A stretch of DNA of 64,000 bases from an uncultured bacterium (GCA_963784355.1 CAWAQU010000007.1:1-64000), one strand, 5' to 3'; counted from the first letter of the stretch, positions 1 through 10,137 are shown. Program-made: numbers and translations. Notes: a model not told the origin generated them from the sequence alone.

Positions 1-1
1 A

Positions 2-2284
2 ACCTCCACAACCCCCTCCCGCATCCTAGACTGCAGGTTACCTTCAAACCCACTTGACCCAGCTTCTACTCCTAAACCAGTAGCTCCAATCATTGTTCCT
101 GAGTATGCTAAAGTAAATCATGATATTTTTGGTCTTACTCTTGATAAAGATTCTAACTTGTATGTACTTAAAGCACCTCGCGACTCTTCTTCAACAGGTA
201 GATCTATTTACTACCCTGATGCTGATTCCCGGTCTAACCCAGCTCTTTATTCTTCTGATCTTTCTATTACTAAACTTGCTCCTTCTGTAACTGCTACCCC
301 TAAGATTCCTTCTAGTATTACTCCTAACTGGAAAACTATTTCTAATTGGGGAAGACCAATGGATTTAGATACTCCTGGATTTAAGAGTCTTGTCTCTAAC
401 AATACTTTGTATACCTTTGGGTTAAGAGTAAAACCAGGTTCTGACTTAGAGTCTTCTCTTACTGTTTCTTTAGCTGACTCTGATCCTAATAATGATGCTA
501 TTCCCCACGACGCAGATATTACAGGTCAAGTAGAAGGCTTTGTTACTAAAATTGATATTGCCACTGGTAATGTGATAGGTACTCAAGGAGGATTTAAAGC
601 AGCAGGGTTTGCTAAAGACTTTGGTGATATTTCAGTAAATCAAAATGGTGAAGTATTCATTGACGATACAAGACATCAAGCCGGAGGACAGGTGCAAGAT
701 AGTACCAGTGGCTCCTCTGCCTTTACTCCTAATACTTACAAGTATATTCAAAAGGGAGCTAGTAGCGCCCCCACTCCAGCTTCTGCTCTTACTCCTAATC
801 CTAGTTTTTCTACCTTACCTGAGAATACCTTTTTAGATATCGCTTCAAGAGATGATGGAAAGAGTCTTTCCTTTGTAGGGCCAAATAGTATTCAAAACTA
901 TGGAACAGATATCTATTCTATTGATGGAAGTGGTAGCGCTCAGTTCATGAACTTGTCTTTAATGCATCCTTATGATGGAGGAGACCTGGAAGTAGCTAAA
1001 GCTGATACTACGTATGAAGGAGGACAGAACGGGACTGGTGGAACTGGAAATGGACTAGACTTACAAGGTAATAACTTTGCTTACTATACTATTGGATATG
1101 GAAGTCAGATAAGACCAAGTCTTGGAAGAGTAAACAAAGATAATACCATTACTTATTCTAACAACCACCCAGTAGATAAAGATTTTATCTCTTCTAATAC
1201 AGGATATATGGATAAAGTAGTCTTTGATCTAGAGAATCAAGTTATCTACTACAAGAATGGAAGTAGAACAGAAAACAATTTAGACCAGACTATTGGAAAA
1301 ATATATTGTCCTAAGACTCAGGCTGAGGCTGATACTCCTGATCCTAACCCTAATTGCACAACAACAGGTACTTGTCCTAAGCCTCCTAGTTGTACAACAG
1401 GTACTTGTACTGATGATGGTACTACTACTCCTCCTGGTGGAAAGCCTAGTGGTGATTGTGCTCAAATGGGTACTTGTACTGATGGTGGTACTCCAAACCC
1501 TAATCCAAATCCTGGTGGGAATCCTACTACCCCTCCTGGTGGTGGAACTAATCCTTGTGCTTTTGGTTGTCCTGGTGTAACTATTACTACTCCACCTGGA
1601 GGTGATCCGGGAACTGGAACTAATACTACTAGTTCTACTGCAGGTACAAGTACTGCTTCAAGTACAACTAATACAGCGAGTGGAACGACTAATACAGCTT
1701 CTAATACCACATCAACTAATACAACAAGTACAACTACTTCAGGGACAAATACCGCTTCTACAACTACTGGAACTAATACAACTTCAGGTACTACTAATAC
1801 ATCTGGAACTAATACCACTAATACTGCTTCTACAACTACTGGGAATACTACTGGAACTAATACAACTAATACCAATACTAATACTAATACCACATCAACT
1901 AATACAAGCTCTTCTACCTCAGGTACAGGAGGAGGTAATGTTATACTTGTAAAATCAGCTACTAGAAATGGAGTTAGTTTAGCAAGTGGTAGTACTGTAG
2001 TGAAAGATGATATTATTACTTTTACTATTCAGTATACTAATACTACAACAAATAGTTTAAGTAATGTAGTGATTACAGATATTGTTAATATTAATGCTGA
2101 CTTTGTTTTAAATTCTTGTAGTGGAACTGGAGGTGTTAGCTGCGATACTACAGGTTATGGAAATGATAGGAGTGTTAGATGGAATATACCTAGCCTTGCT
2201 GGAGGTAGTGGAAGTAGTACTGGAGGTAGTGCAGGAGGAAGTGGGAATAGTGGAAGTGTTAGTTTTCAGGTTAGGGTTAGGTAG
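2..2284 (+). CDS. Large surface/adhesin-like protein, 5'-truncated by the window. Propeller-like region, Cys/Pro/Gly repeats, Thr/Asn/Ser stalk and C-terminal DUF11-like domain
   Basis: Frame is open from base 2 (TSTTPSRILDC...). Contains CTTTGTC/CAQMGTC repeats, a long T/N/S tract, and C-terminal 'KSA...DIITFTIQYTN...LSNVVITD...VRWNI...SVSFQVRV' typical of DUF11. Confidence 0.75.
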   Translation, partial: TSTTPSRILDCRLPSNPLDPASTPKPVAPIIVPEYAKVNHDIFGLTLDKDSNLYVLKAPRDSSSTGRSIYYPDADSRSNPALYSSDLSITKLAPSVTATPKIPSSITPNWKTISNWGRPMDLDTPGFKSLVSNNTLYTFGLRVKPGSDLESSLTVSLADSDPNNDAIPHDADITGQVEGFVTKIDIATGNVIGTQGGFKAAGFAKDFGDISVNQNGEVFIDDTRHQAGGQVQDSTSGSSAFTPNTYKYIQKGASSAPTPASALTPNPSFSTLPENTFLDIASRDDGKSLSFVGPNSIQNYGTDIYSIDGSGSAQFMNLSLMHPYDGGDLEVAKADTTYEGGQNGTGGTGNGLDLQGNNFAYYTIGYGSQIRPSLGRVNKDNTITYSNNHPVDKDFISSNTGYMDKVVFDLENQVIYYKNGSRTENNLDQTIGKIYCPKTQAEADTPDPNPNCTTTGTCPKPPSCTTGTCTDDGTTTPPGGKPSGDCAQMGTCTDGGTPNPNPNPGGNPTTPPGGGTNPCAFGCPGVTITTPPGGDPGTGTNTTSSTAGTSTASSTTNTASGTTNTASNTTSTNTTSTTTSGTNTASTTTGTNTTSGTTNTSGTNTTNTASTTTGNTTGTNTTNTNTNTNTTSTNTSSSTSGTGGGNVILVKSATRNGVSLASGSTVVKDDIITFTIQYTNTTTNSLSNVVITDIVNINADFVLNSCSGTGGVSCDTTGYGNDRSVRWNIPSLAGGSGSSTGGSAGGSGNSGSVSFQVRVR
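1354..1920 (+). repeat. Intragenic low-complexity repeats (ACAACAGGTACTTGT units; ACTAATAC/GGAACTAAT Thr-Asn units)
   Basis: Recurrent ggtacttgt and actaatac/ggaactaatac motifs visible in the DNA. Confidence 0.8.
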
Positions 2285-2358
2285 GGGGATTTGGGGTAGT
2301 TATCAAAAAATTTAAGGATGTTAATTGCAGTACTATCAATATTTAAGTATTTTTAACT

Positions 2359-3705
2359 TTAAACCAAATTTCGATCTATCCCAACCAGTTTTTTATTTAC
2401 CCCTTCTAAATTAGCCAACCTTTCACTGTTTTGTTCGATTACTTGTGTTGCCAAATCCAAAATATCTTGTGTGGAGCGATAATTTCTGTTTAGGGTAACT
2501 ATCTTGCTTCGAGGATATTTTTCTCTAAAGTTTAGTATATTTTGTATGCTGGCCCCCTGGAATTTGAAGACAGCTTGGTCATCGTCTCCTACAGCTAAAA
2601 TATTTGGAAAATCACTATTTGCTTCATTGTTTAGCAGGTTGTCTAATAATCTAATCTGTACACCATTTGTATCCTGAAATTCATCTACAAGAATATATTG
2701 ATACCTTTCCTGGTAATTATATCTCAATTCGGGTTTGGCTTCATCCTCAAAAGCTTTAACTACTTCTAAAAGCATATCTTCATAGTCAAATAGCCGCTGT
2801 TTATGCAATTCTTTCTGATATCTTGAGTATATTTCTTGAAGGGATTTCTGTTTTTCTATACCTGGTGTATCTTTATATACTAGCATATTTTTTGCATTTA
2901 GTACAGTATAGGTTTTTTTCCACTCAGATAATGGTACAGTTTTTTTCTTGATTTCACTAATTTCTCCAATCTTTAATAATACAAAATTTAATTCTCTCAA
3001 GACAAAGTTCTGTAGAGTAGGGTAGACTTCAGTCCAGCTAGCTTCCGAAAATGCGATGTTGATCTCGTTGATTTTATTAATAAACTCAGGAAGCTTTACA
3101 AGTGTGCTTAAACCCACCCTTTCTTGTAAAAATTCTTGTAGTAGAGGATTAAAAGCTTCTAAAAACTGTTCGTTATGTTGTAAGGCGTCGGCAAATTCTT
3201 CTGGAGTAAAACCACCATTTTTGAGTCCACGGATAAGACTCTGAGCATCTTTTAAAAAAGTAAAATCATGATCTTGATGATAGCTGTTTAATGGATTATC
3301 GTGCTTTAATTCCCTAAAAATGTCCCTTAAAATTCTATATTGTGCCAGATCTTCAGCCGGTTGATATCCTGCACCGAAAAAGAAATACTCAGGATTTTGG
3401 TTTATCACTTCTGTACCAAGGCTGTGAAAAGTATGAATTGCTACTTTGTGGGCTTCTCTACCTATCATACCTATAAGCCTTTCACGCATATTGTTGGCTG
3501 CCGACTCAGTAAATGTAAGGCAAAGTATAGAGCTAGGTAAAGCATCGGTATTTTTAAGAATATTTGCCACTCGCATGCTTAGAAGCTGGGTTTTACCGCT
3601 ACCGGGGCCTGCAATAACTAAGACAGGTCCTTCAATGGTATCCACAGCCTCTTTTTGTTCAGGATTTAGTTTGTTGTAGTTTTCTAAAAACTTATCATCA
3701 ATCAT
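2359..3705 (-). CDS. UvrD/PcrA-family SF1 helicase, N-terminal half only (probably truncated)
   Basis: Motifs I GPGSGKT, Ia FTESAA, II DEFQD, III VGDDDQAVFKFQGA and IV NYRS are present. Protein stops about 35 aa after motif IV, with no motifs V/VI. Confidence 0.85.
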   Translation of the reverse strand: MIDDKFLENYNKLNPEQKEAVDTIEGPVLVIAGPGSGKTQLLSMRVANILKNTDALPSSILCLTFTESAANNMRERLIGMIGREAHKVAIHTFHSLGTEVINQNPEYFFFGAGYQPAEDLAQYRILRDIFRELKHDNPLNSYHQDHDFTFLKDAQSLIRGLKNGGFTPEEFADALQHNEQFLEAFNPLLQEFLQERVGLSTLVKLPEFINKINEINIAFSEASWTEVYPTLQNFVLRELNFVLLKIGEISEIKKKTVPLSEWKKTYTVLNAKNMLVYKDTPGIEKQKSLQEIYSRYQKELHKQRLFDYEDMLLEVVKAFEDEAKPELRYNYQERYQYILVDEFQDTNGVQIRLLDNLLNNEANSDFPNILAVGDDDQAVFKFQGASIQNILNFREKYPRSKIVTLNRNYRSTQDILDLATQVIEQNSERLANLEGVNKKLVGIDRNLV

Positions 3706-3787
3706 TTGGCAGAGTCTAAAAAGAATGTTTTTTTATGGCAAGGCAGAGAGAAAAATTAATTTCAAAATCTTGTGTTTAATGTTCTAT

Positions 3788-5680
3788 TCAACCTATTAAG
3801 TTTTTAAACAGATACAATTCCCCATCTTCAAAGTCTCTTTTTCTATAATATTCTCTAGTTCCGATAGCTGAAATTACTGCCAATTTTTGAAATCCTAAAT
3901 TTTTACTAATATCTGTTGCCCAGTTAATTAGTTCGGTACCTAAACCAAGATGTTGGGCTTTTTGACCTCCTTTTTCACCAATTTCAGCTGTTTTGCCGTA
4001 GATGTGTATTTCTCTAATCATTGCGGCATTATCCAGCTCTGAGATAAATGGGTGCTTGAAAGTTGAATTTTCTCGTCCGTCCAATATTATATCACTTAAT
4101 TTGCTAGTTTCACTGATTATTTTTTCTTCTAATTTCAAAGCAGGTAGCTCAAGTCGTAAAAATCCTGCAATTTTGTTTTCTTTGGTTACAAACTGTAAAA
4201 ATACTTCAGTCCCGATACTATTGTGATATACTTGAGTTTTAAGTCTTAGATCTGAGCGCGAAACTTCCTGATTACCAATCTCTCTTGATCTTATATCATT
4301 TCTTTCAATATTTCTTTTATCCATTTCGTTTTCAGCTATTTGCCTGAAGTTTGTAATCTTATTTCCGGTAACAATATCAGTACCGGGTATATCTCTAATG
4401 ATTCTAGTGAGTCTGCAATACTCGGGAGTATCTTTAATTACGTTTACAACTACTTCTAAAAGTTCTTCATGAGAATACGGTTTCCATAGTCCTTTGTTAT
4501 AGTAATCCATGAGCTCGGCCGTGTCAATTAGAGAACAAGGATAAACCTTTAATTCATCAGGCCTAAAATCAGGATCGCTAAACATCATTTGATAATCTTT
4601 TATATCTTCTTGAGGGTTGGAACCGTATAAATTGGCCATCCAATGAGCGTGAATTTTAAAGCCTGCATATCTTAAAAGTTCAACTGCTTTTCGAGTTGCT
4701 GCAACATCATGGCCTCTGTGATTTAGTTTTAGAACTTCGTCGTTTAAAATTTGAAAGCCAATCTGTGTTTTAGTGCAGCCAAGTTTGCGAATTCTAATTA
4801 CTTCTTCAGGCGAAATATTATCGGGTCGAGTTTCAATTACTAGTCCTACGCATCTGACTTTGCCAATCTCATTACGCTTATGTTCAAAAAAAAGCTCTTC
4901 CCAGGTTGAAATTTCTTCTTGGGTTTTTTGCTTGTCGGCTAGATTCTTTTTAGCAATTATTTGATTGTAGCTTTGATTAGAATGTACATCTGAATTTTTT
5001 GTGATAGGATTGGAAGTATTGCGTATTGTGTCGTGGTTTTTATCTTGCTCCCTGTGGTTGATTTTGGCTAATTTAGAATTTAATGCCCAAAAATCTAATT
5101 CCTGACCTTCTCCAAAATCGTTCATGGCTTCAAAACATCTTTTGATAAACCAAATTTGATATGGTTCAGGATAATATGACCAAGTACCTCCCAGTATTAT
5201 TATCTCAATTTTATCTGTGTTGTGGCCTATATTTTGCAGGGCTTTTAGACGATCAAATGTTTGTAAATATGGATCAAAAGCATTTCTTTCAGCTCTCTGA
5301 GCGCCTGGTTCATCACTTAAGTAACTTTTCGGCATTCGAATATCATTTGGACAAAAAATACATTTACCGGGGCAGGGGAAAGGTTTGGTAAGTATTGTAA
5401 CCGGAGTGACTCCTGAAGCTGTCCTTATAGGCTTCATTTGGATTTTCTTCAGTAAATCGGGATCACTGGGCAAGTTAGGGTGATTTTCGGCCAGTAGCGC
5501 TTTATAGGCCGTAACAAGGTTGTTCTTGGAAAATATTTTATTGCCATCTTTCGGAAATTGTGCTAAGATACTAGATAATTTATTAGGTGTACAATTTTTT
5601 GTATTAGCTATTTTTTGCAAGATGGATAGTAACTGAGGTTCGTATTTTTTATAATCAAAGTTGTAAGTTTTTTGAAGCAT
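3788..5680 (-). CDS. elp3: Elp3 radical SAM/KAT tRNA U34 carboxymethyltransferase
   Basis: RTASGV, CPGKCIFCP radical SAM motif, ETRPD, LKVYPC, IREIHIYG, QHLGLG, ISAIGTREYY. Start taken at MLQKT (5680). Confidence 0.93.
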   Translation of the reverse strand: MLQKTYNFDYKKYEPQLLSILQKIANTKNCTPNKLSSILAQFPKDGNKIFSKNNLVTAYKALLAENHPNLPSDPDLLKKIQMKPIRTASGVTPVTILTKPFPCPGKCIFCPNDIRMPKSYLSDEPGAQRAERNAFDPYLQTFDRLKALQNIGHNTDKIEIIILGGTWSYYPEPYQIWFIKRCFEAMNDFGEGQELDFWALNSKLAKINHREQDKNHDTIRNTSNPITKNSDVHSNQSYNQIIAKKNLADKQKTQEEISTWEELFFEHKRNEIGKVRCVGLVIETRPDNISPEEVIRIRKLGCTKTQIGFQILNDEVLKLNHRGHDVAATRKAVELLRYAGFKIHAHWMANLYGSNPQEDIKDYQMMFSDPDFRPDELKVYPCSLIDTAELMDYYNKGLWKPYSHEELLEVVVNVIKDTPEYCRLTRIIRDIPGTDIVTGNKITNFRQIAENEMDKRNIERNDIRSREIGNQEVSRSDLRLKTQVYHNSIGTEVFLQFVTKENKIAGFLRLELPALKLEEKIISETSKLSDIILDGRENSTFKHPFISELDNAAMIREIHIYGKTAEIGEKGGQKAQHLGLGTELINWATDISKNLGFQKLAVISAIGTREYYRKRDFEDGELYLFKNLIG

Positions 5681-5681
5681 T

Positions 5682-6423
5682 ATGAAAGAAGGATTAGGAT
5701 TTGGTGTTAAAAATTTAGGATCTCGTATTAGCACTGATACGAAAAAGCAAGATCTAAAACCTGTTTACGGTCAAGAAAGAATGCACCAAAAGAATAACCA
5801 TCCTATTAATTTAGTTAAACAATTAACAAAAAAAGAAGAAATATCTAGAAAAACTGAGGAGTTCTCAAATTTATATAATGAATTATTTTCCAAAATTATT
5901 ACTGTAAATGGTGAGTATAAAAATGTTGAAGAAGTTATTTCAAATAAGCTATCTGAAATAGCGGTTGATCTTGATGAAACATGGGTTGTTCTGAAAAATA
6001 GTCAACTAATTAGTTTGCATATTGATATTTTAAATCATATTAAAAAAAAGGAAAGACTAAAAAATGAATATGTAGCTTTTGTTAACAACTTTTTTTATTT
6101 CAGTACTGGGATTTCGGTTACAAAAGAGTCTTCAGTTAAAGATTGTGAATTTAGTAGCTTATATATTAAAGTATTTGTACTTGTTAGTGTACTGTATAAT
6201 ATAATTGATTATAAAGAGTTTACGAGTCATTCGCTATCAAAACTCAGTTTCTTAAAAAATGCGGACGACAAAAGTAAACTTTTCAATATAGTGGACTATC
6301 TCTACAGGTTATTTTATCTTATAAATGAAGTTAGCAAACTAGCCACTCACCAGTCTTTTAAAAAATCTGTTTTGCACGAAACAGCAAGGGGGTTTGCTAA
6401 AGCTAAGCAAGTTTATCTAACAA
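5682..6423 (+). pseudogene. 5' part of an IS-interrupted hypothetical gene (start uncertain, 5682 or 5781)
   Basis: Reads in frame with 7748-9198 once the IS and one target duplication are removed. Confidence 0.8.
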
Positions 6424-6441
6424 TGTCAAGCCCCCGAAAAA

Positions 6442-7398
6442 CTAGACACTTAATTCTAAACTTTTAAACTGATTTTCTTGATCTTTTTTAAACTGATTTT
6501 GTACTTGACTTAGCTCCTCATATTTCCTCCTAAAATTAGCAGGTATTTCTCTAATTGAAGTATGAATCCTTTTATTGTTGTAATAGTAAATCTGCTTGTA
6601 AATAGCTTCACCTGCAAGTTCCACAGATTTGAATCTGTTTAATCTACCCAGTTCAAATTTAAATTTACCGTAAAAACTCTCCTGATACCCGTTTTCCCAA
6701 GGACTGGCTTTTTTAGATAATGAAATACCAATACCTAGATCGTTTAACAATTCCTGATAATCATACGAGGTATATTCACTACCCTGATCAGAGTGAAATA
6801 TGCTAGGTGCTCCAAATCTTTTAATCGCCATACCCAAAGCTTTTGTCACTAAAGCAGTATTATGCCTGTTACTAATTTCAAACCCTACAACTTCTTTAGA
6901 AAAAGTATCAATAACTGTAGCTAAGTAAAGAAATGAGTTGTTGTAGCTAAGATATGTAAAATCAGCTGACCATGCTTGATTAGGTTTTGTTAACTGTTTT
7001 TCTGTAATAATTGGTTTAAGCAGATTTGGTATTTCTAATTCAACCCTACCTAAATCACACTTTTTAACTAAATATTTTGGCTTCCTGTAATGTGGATAGA
7101 TACTAAATTTCCTCATAATCCGTCTTGCCCTATTATTACTCCACTTAAAGTAAATAGCTACCCTACGGTAGCCATAACAAGGATTGTCCTCAAGTAACGA
7201 TAATATTTCTTGTTTATGATGATTATCTGACAGATTTCGTTTAGAAGTCAGATAAAGTGATGTTCTATTGAGCTTAAGAATATTAGCCAGTAGCGATTTG
7301 TTTGTACTTGGATACTCAATTAAGCAGACTCTAGCCAGTTTTAACCTTTCAGATTTAGGCAGTTTGTTGATTTCAAAACAGTTTATCTTTTTTTTTAT
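6442..7398 (-). CDS. IS3 OrfB (DDE transposase/integrase core); frame open from the A9 tract
   Basis: YGYRRV upstream of the listed ATG, then WSADFTY, HSDQGSEY, SPWENGYQESFY, YYNNKRIH. Confidence 0.9.
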   Translation of the reverse strand: MKKKINCFEINKLPKSERLKLARVCLIEYPSTNKSLLANILKLNRTSLYLTSKRNLSDNHHKQEILSLLEDNPCYGYRRVAIYFKWSNNRARRIMRKFSIYPHYRKPKYLVKKCDLGRVELEIPNLLKPIITEKQLTKPNQAWSADFTYLSYNNSFLYLATVIDTFSKEVVGFEISNRHNTALVTKALGMAIKRFGAPSIFHSDQGSEYTSYDYQELLNDLGIGISLSKKASPWENGYQESFYGKFKFELGRLNRFKSVELAGEAIYKQIYYYNNKRIHTSIREIPANFRRKYEELSQVQNQFKKDQENQFKSLELSV

Positions 7399-7651
7399 TC
7401 AGCTTATCAACATCAATTGTAAGTCTACCTATTAAATCAATTAATTGTTGTTTTTCTCTTTTCAGTCTTGCTACTTCTAGAGTTAAGTTTTGTTGATGAC
7501 CTGATTCTAGCATCTTGTTTTTAGTCCAACCATATACTGTTTTTTCGTTTAATCCGTTCTCACGACATATTTCTACAATACTTTTACCTGATGTTTTAAT
7601 TTGCTCAAGGATTTGATCTTTGAGTTCTTGAGGGAAACGCCTGCCTTTCAT
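7373..7651 (-). CDS. IS3 OrfA (HTH transposase subunit)
   Basis: RRFPQELK...SIVEICRENGLNEKTVYGW helix-turn-helix followed by a coiled coil. Confidence 0.9.
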   Translation of the reverse strand: MKGRRFPQELKDQILEQIKTSGKSIVEICRENGLNEKTVYGWTKNKMLESGHQQNLTLEVARLKREKQQLIDLIGRLTIDVDKLNKKKDKLF

Positions 7652-7747
7652 AACATAAATTATGTAACTGTTTTAAAATGTAACTGTTTTAAATCATTTC
7701 TGAATAGTTCAGAAACTTATGTCTAGTTTAGCAGATGCGGGTCACAA

Positions 7748-9198
7748 GCTTGAGAGTGAAATTAGAAGAAACTAAACCAAAAGCGGGAGTTGTTGATACA
7801 ATCATTAAAAATGTGAGTGAAACCCTAAATTCTAATCCTGAAATTATTTTAAATACTGGCAATCAAGGTTTGGATCTTAATTTACTAATTCAAAACTTAA
7901 CCAATTTATCTAAACTAGTCGTAGACATAAAGCATAATCTGTATGACAATTATAGCAAAGAATTTATAAATCAGGTCCAATTAGGGAGCTTTATCAATAC
8001 GGTTGTAAATGTGTTTGGTATACAAAAAGTTGATATATTAAAAACTATTTTGCAAAATGATAATAGTGATAAAATCAATAATATTTTGTACGGACTAATG
8101 AAAAAAAGCTTAAAGCTTATTTCTGCAGAATATGTAGCTAATAATAGAGTTTCTATCTTTGGCTTGCTGGAAGTTTTTAGAAAAAAAATATTAATCTTTA
8201 ATGAGAAAAAGATATCTGAGTCTTTAATTTTATTCACTGAAGATATTAGTTCTGAATTGGTTGAAAAATATTTTAGTTCAAAAGCTCAGCCAAATATTAA
8301 TATTAACGTACACAATGCAATTGCTATTCAAGAAAGTGTAGGTTATGATGAGTATCCTAAAGATTTTGTTGATCTGATTTTTTTAGAGATTGGTAAGATA
8401 GTTAAAATTAGAAAAGATATAAAACAGGATGAGTTTGCATTATCAATAAACAGATTAACTAATCTAAGGCAGAAATTTTTAGATTCAGCGCAAATCTATA
8501 TTGACAATATAATCTCAAAACAAGTGGAAATATTATTTTCAGGTTTTGCTAAAGTTGAGGTTAATATTGAAAAAATGGTTACAGAATTCTCTAAATTTGC
8601 AATATTAAATGGTAATCCTAACTTTTTAGAGTTAATTAGCCAGGCTGAAACCAAGGATGAGTTGTATGAGTTACTTTTAGAATTTCAGAAGCAAAGTGGA
8701 TATTTTTTGTTAAAATTACAAAATGATGTATTGCAACTGACTTTAATTGGTGATACCTTAATTAATGAGTTGTTGAAAATAAGTGAAAGACAACCTATAC
8801 AATTGCAAAAAAATACTGAAATTGGTGATAAAAATAAAATTGACAAAATGAATTTTGGAACTAATTTACTTGCCGATTTTAGCATGAAAAGTGAAAAAAA
8901 TACAAAATTTGTAATTGGTAATATAACTACTACTTCAAGTACTGTTAATCTATTTAATAAAGGTAATACAGCGGTTAGAAGAAATTGGAAATTATTTGCT
9001 GATATTGTAAGTAAATCTAATAATATCAAACATTTTATTTTGATGATGCAAAGTCAAGAAAATAAAAAATTCGATTTTAAATATCTAGAATCTGACAAAT
9101 GTCATCAAATTAGACTAAGCCTCTCTTGTAGGGCTCAAATATTACTTGATGAAGCTCGTAATACAATTACACTTGATTATTTTGGAAAACATAAATAA
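7748..9198 (+). pseudogene. 3' part of the IS-interrupted gene; helical protein with a possible RelE/ParE-like C-terminal domain
   Basis: In-frame junction ...KQVYLT|SLRVKLEE... C-terminus HQIRLSLSCRAQILLDEARNTITLDYFGKH. Confidence 0.75.
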
Positions 9199-9327
9199 GT
9201 TAAATAAGTTTTTTAACTAGTAATGATTTTATAACTTAATTGTTTTTAGAACAAAGTAAAAAAATAGTTGGGATATTTGCATAAAATACATACTAAAACT
9301 AAATCTTTACCGAATTATTTTCCTACA

Positions 9328-10137
9328 ATGACCAAAGATACCGTAAATCAATTAAACAATCTGAACAACGATTTTTATGAGACCATAGGGAAATACTTTA
9401 ATCATACTCGAAATTATGTTTGGGAAGGGTGGATTAACCTAATAGATCCAGTAAAAAATATTACAGACAGGCCAAATGTATTGGAGTTAGGTTGTGGAAA
9501 TGGCAGGTTTCTAGAATTTTTATTAAATAGTGATATTACTCCAAATTACTTTCTCGGACTGGATGCTTCCAAATTTTTACTAGAGAGAGCTACAGAAAGG
9601 CAAAATATACTGGACTTTAAACAAGCTGAATTTCTACAGTCTGACCTTATACTTGAAAATTGGTCTCAACTAGCTAAATCAAAACTGATTGGTGATAGCA
9701 AAAAATATGATTTAATTTGCTTTTTTGGTTTAATGCATCACATTCCAGGCGATGAGAATAGACTCAGTATAATTAAAAAATCTGCGGAACTTTTATCTCC
9801 AAATGGACTATTGATTTTTACCACCTGGCAATATTTAGATGTGCCTAGATTGAAGCGCAGAATTATTTCTAAAACCTCAAGTATACTCAATGATTTAATG
9901 AGTAAATATGTTATAGATATAAATGAATTGGCTGAAAATGACAATATTTTGGATTGGCAAAAAGGACTTATTGCATACAGGTTTTCTCATTATTATACGA
10001 AGTCAGAAATAGAAAATTTGTGTAATTTATCTGGGTTGGATATATTGGAGAATTTTGAAGCAGACGGTAAAGAAGGAAATGTAAATAGATATTTTATAAC
10101 AAAATTGAAAGCTGATGGCGTTGACAAAACTAACTGA
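9328..10137 (+). CDS. Class I SAM methyltransferase, Trm9/ALKBH8-like
   Basis: FYETIGKYFNHTRNYVW, ELGCGNGR, LMHHIP..NR, LSPNGLLIFTTW, RFSHYY. Confidence 0.75.
   Translation: MTKDTVNQLNNLNNDFYETIGKYFNHTRNYVWEGWINLIDPVKNITDRPNVLELGCGNGRFLEFLLNSDITPNYFLGLDASKFLLERATERQNILDFKQAEFLQSDLILENWSQLAKSKLIGDSKKYDLICFFGLMHHIPGDENRLSIIKKSAELLSPNGLLIFTTWQYLDVPRLKRRIISKTSSILNDLMSKYVIDINELAENDNILDWQKGLIAYRFSHYYTKSEIENLCNLSGLDILENFEADGKEGNVNRYFITKLKADGVDKTN

Larger units (their letters stand above)
6424..7744 (-). mobile_element. IS3-family insertion sequence, 1321 bp
   Basis: TG...CA ends. Imperfect 25-bp IRs TGTCAAGCCCCCGAAAAACTAGACA / TGACCCGCATCTGCTAAACTAGACA. 3-bp target duplication CAA at 6421-6423 and 7745-7747. 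Confidence 0.95.

Noticed and set aside
1354-1920. Repeats as a possible CRISPR array
   Set aside because: In-frame degenerate coding repeats with no constant repeat/unique spacer structure and no cas genes
1280-1952. Several overlapping Val/Leu-rich ORFs
   Set aside because: Shadow frames of the Thr-rich repeat region of the adhesin gene
7735-7747. ATG at 7735 as the native start of a 487-aa gene
   Set aside because: It lies inside the IS inverted repeat; the native gene starts upstream of the IS
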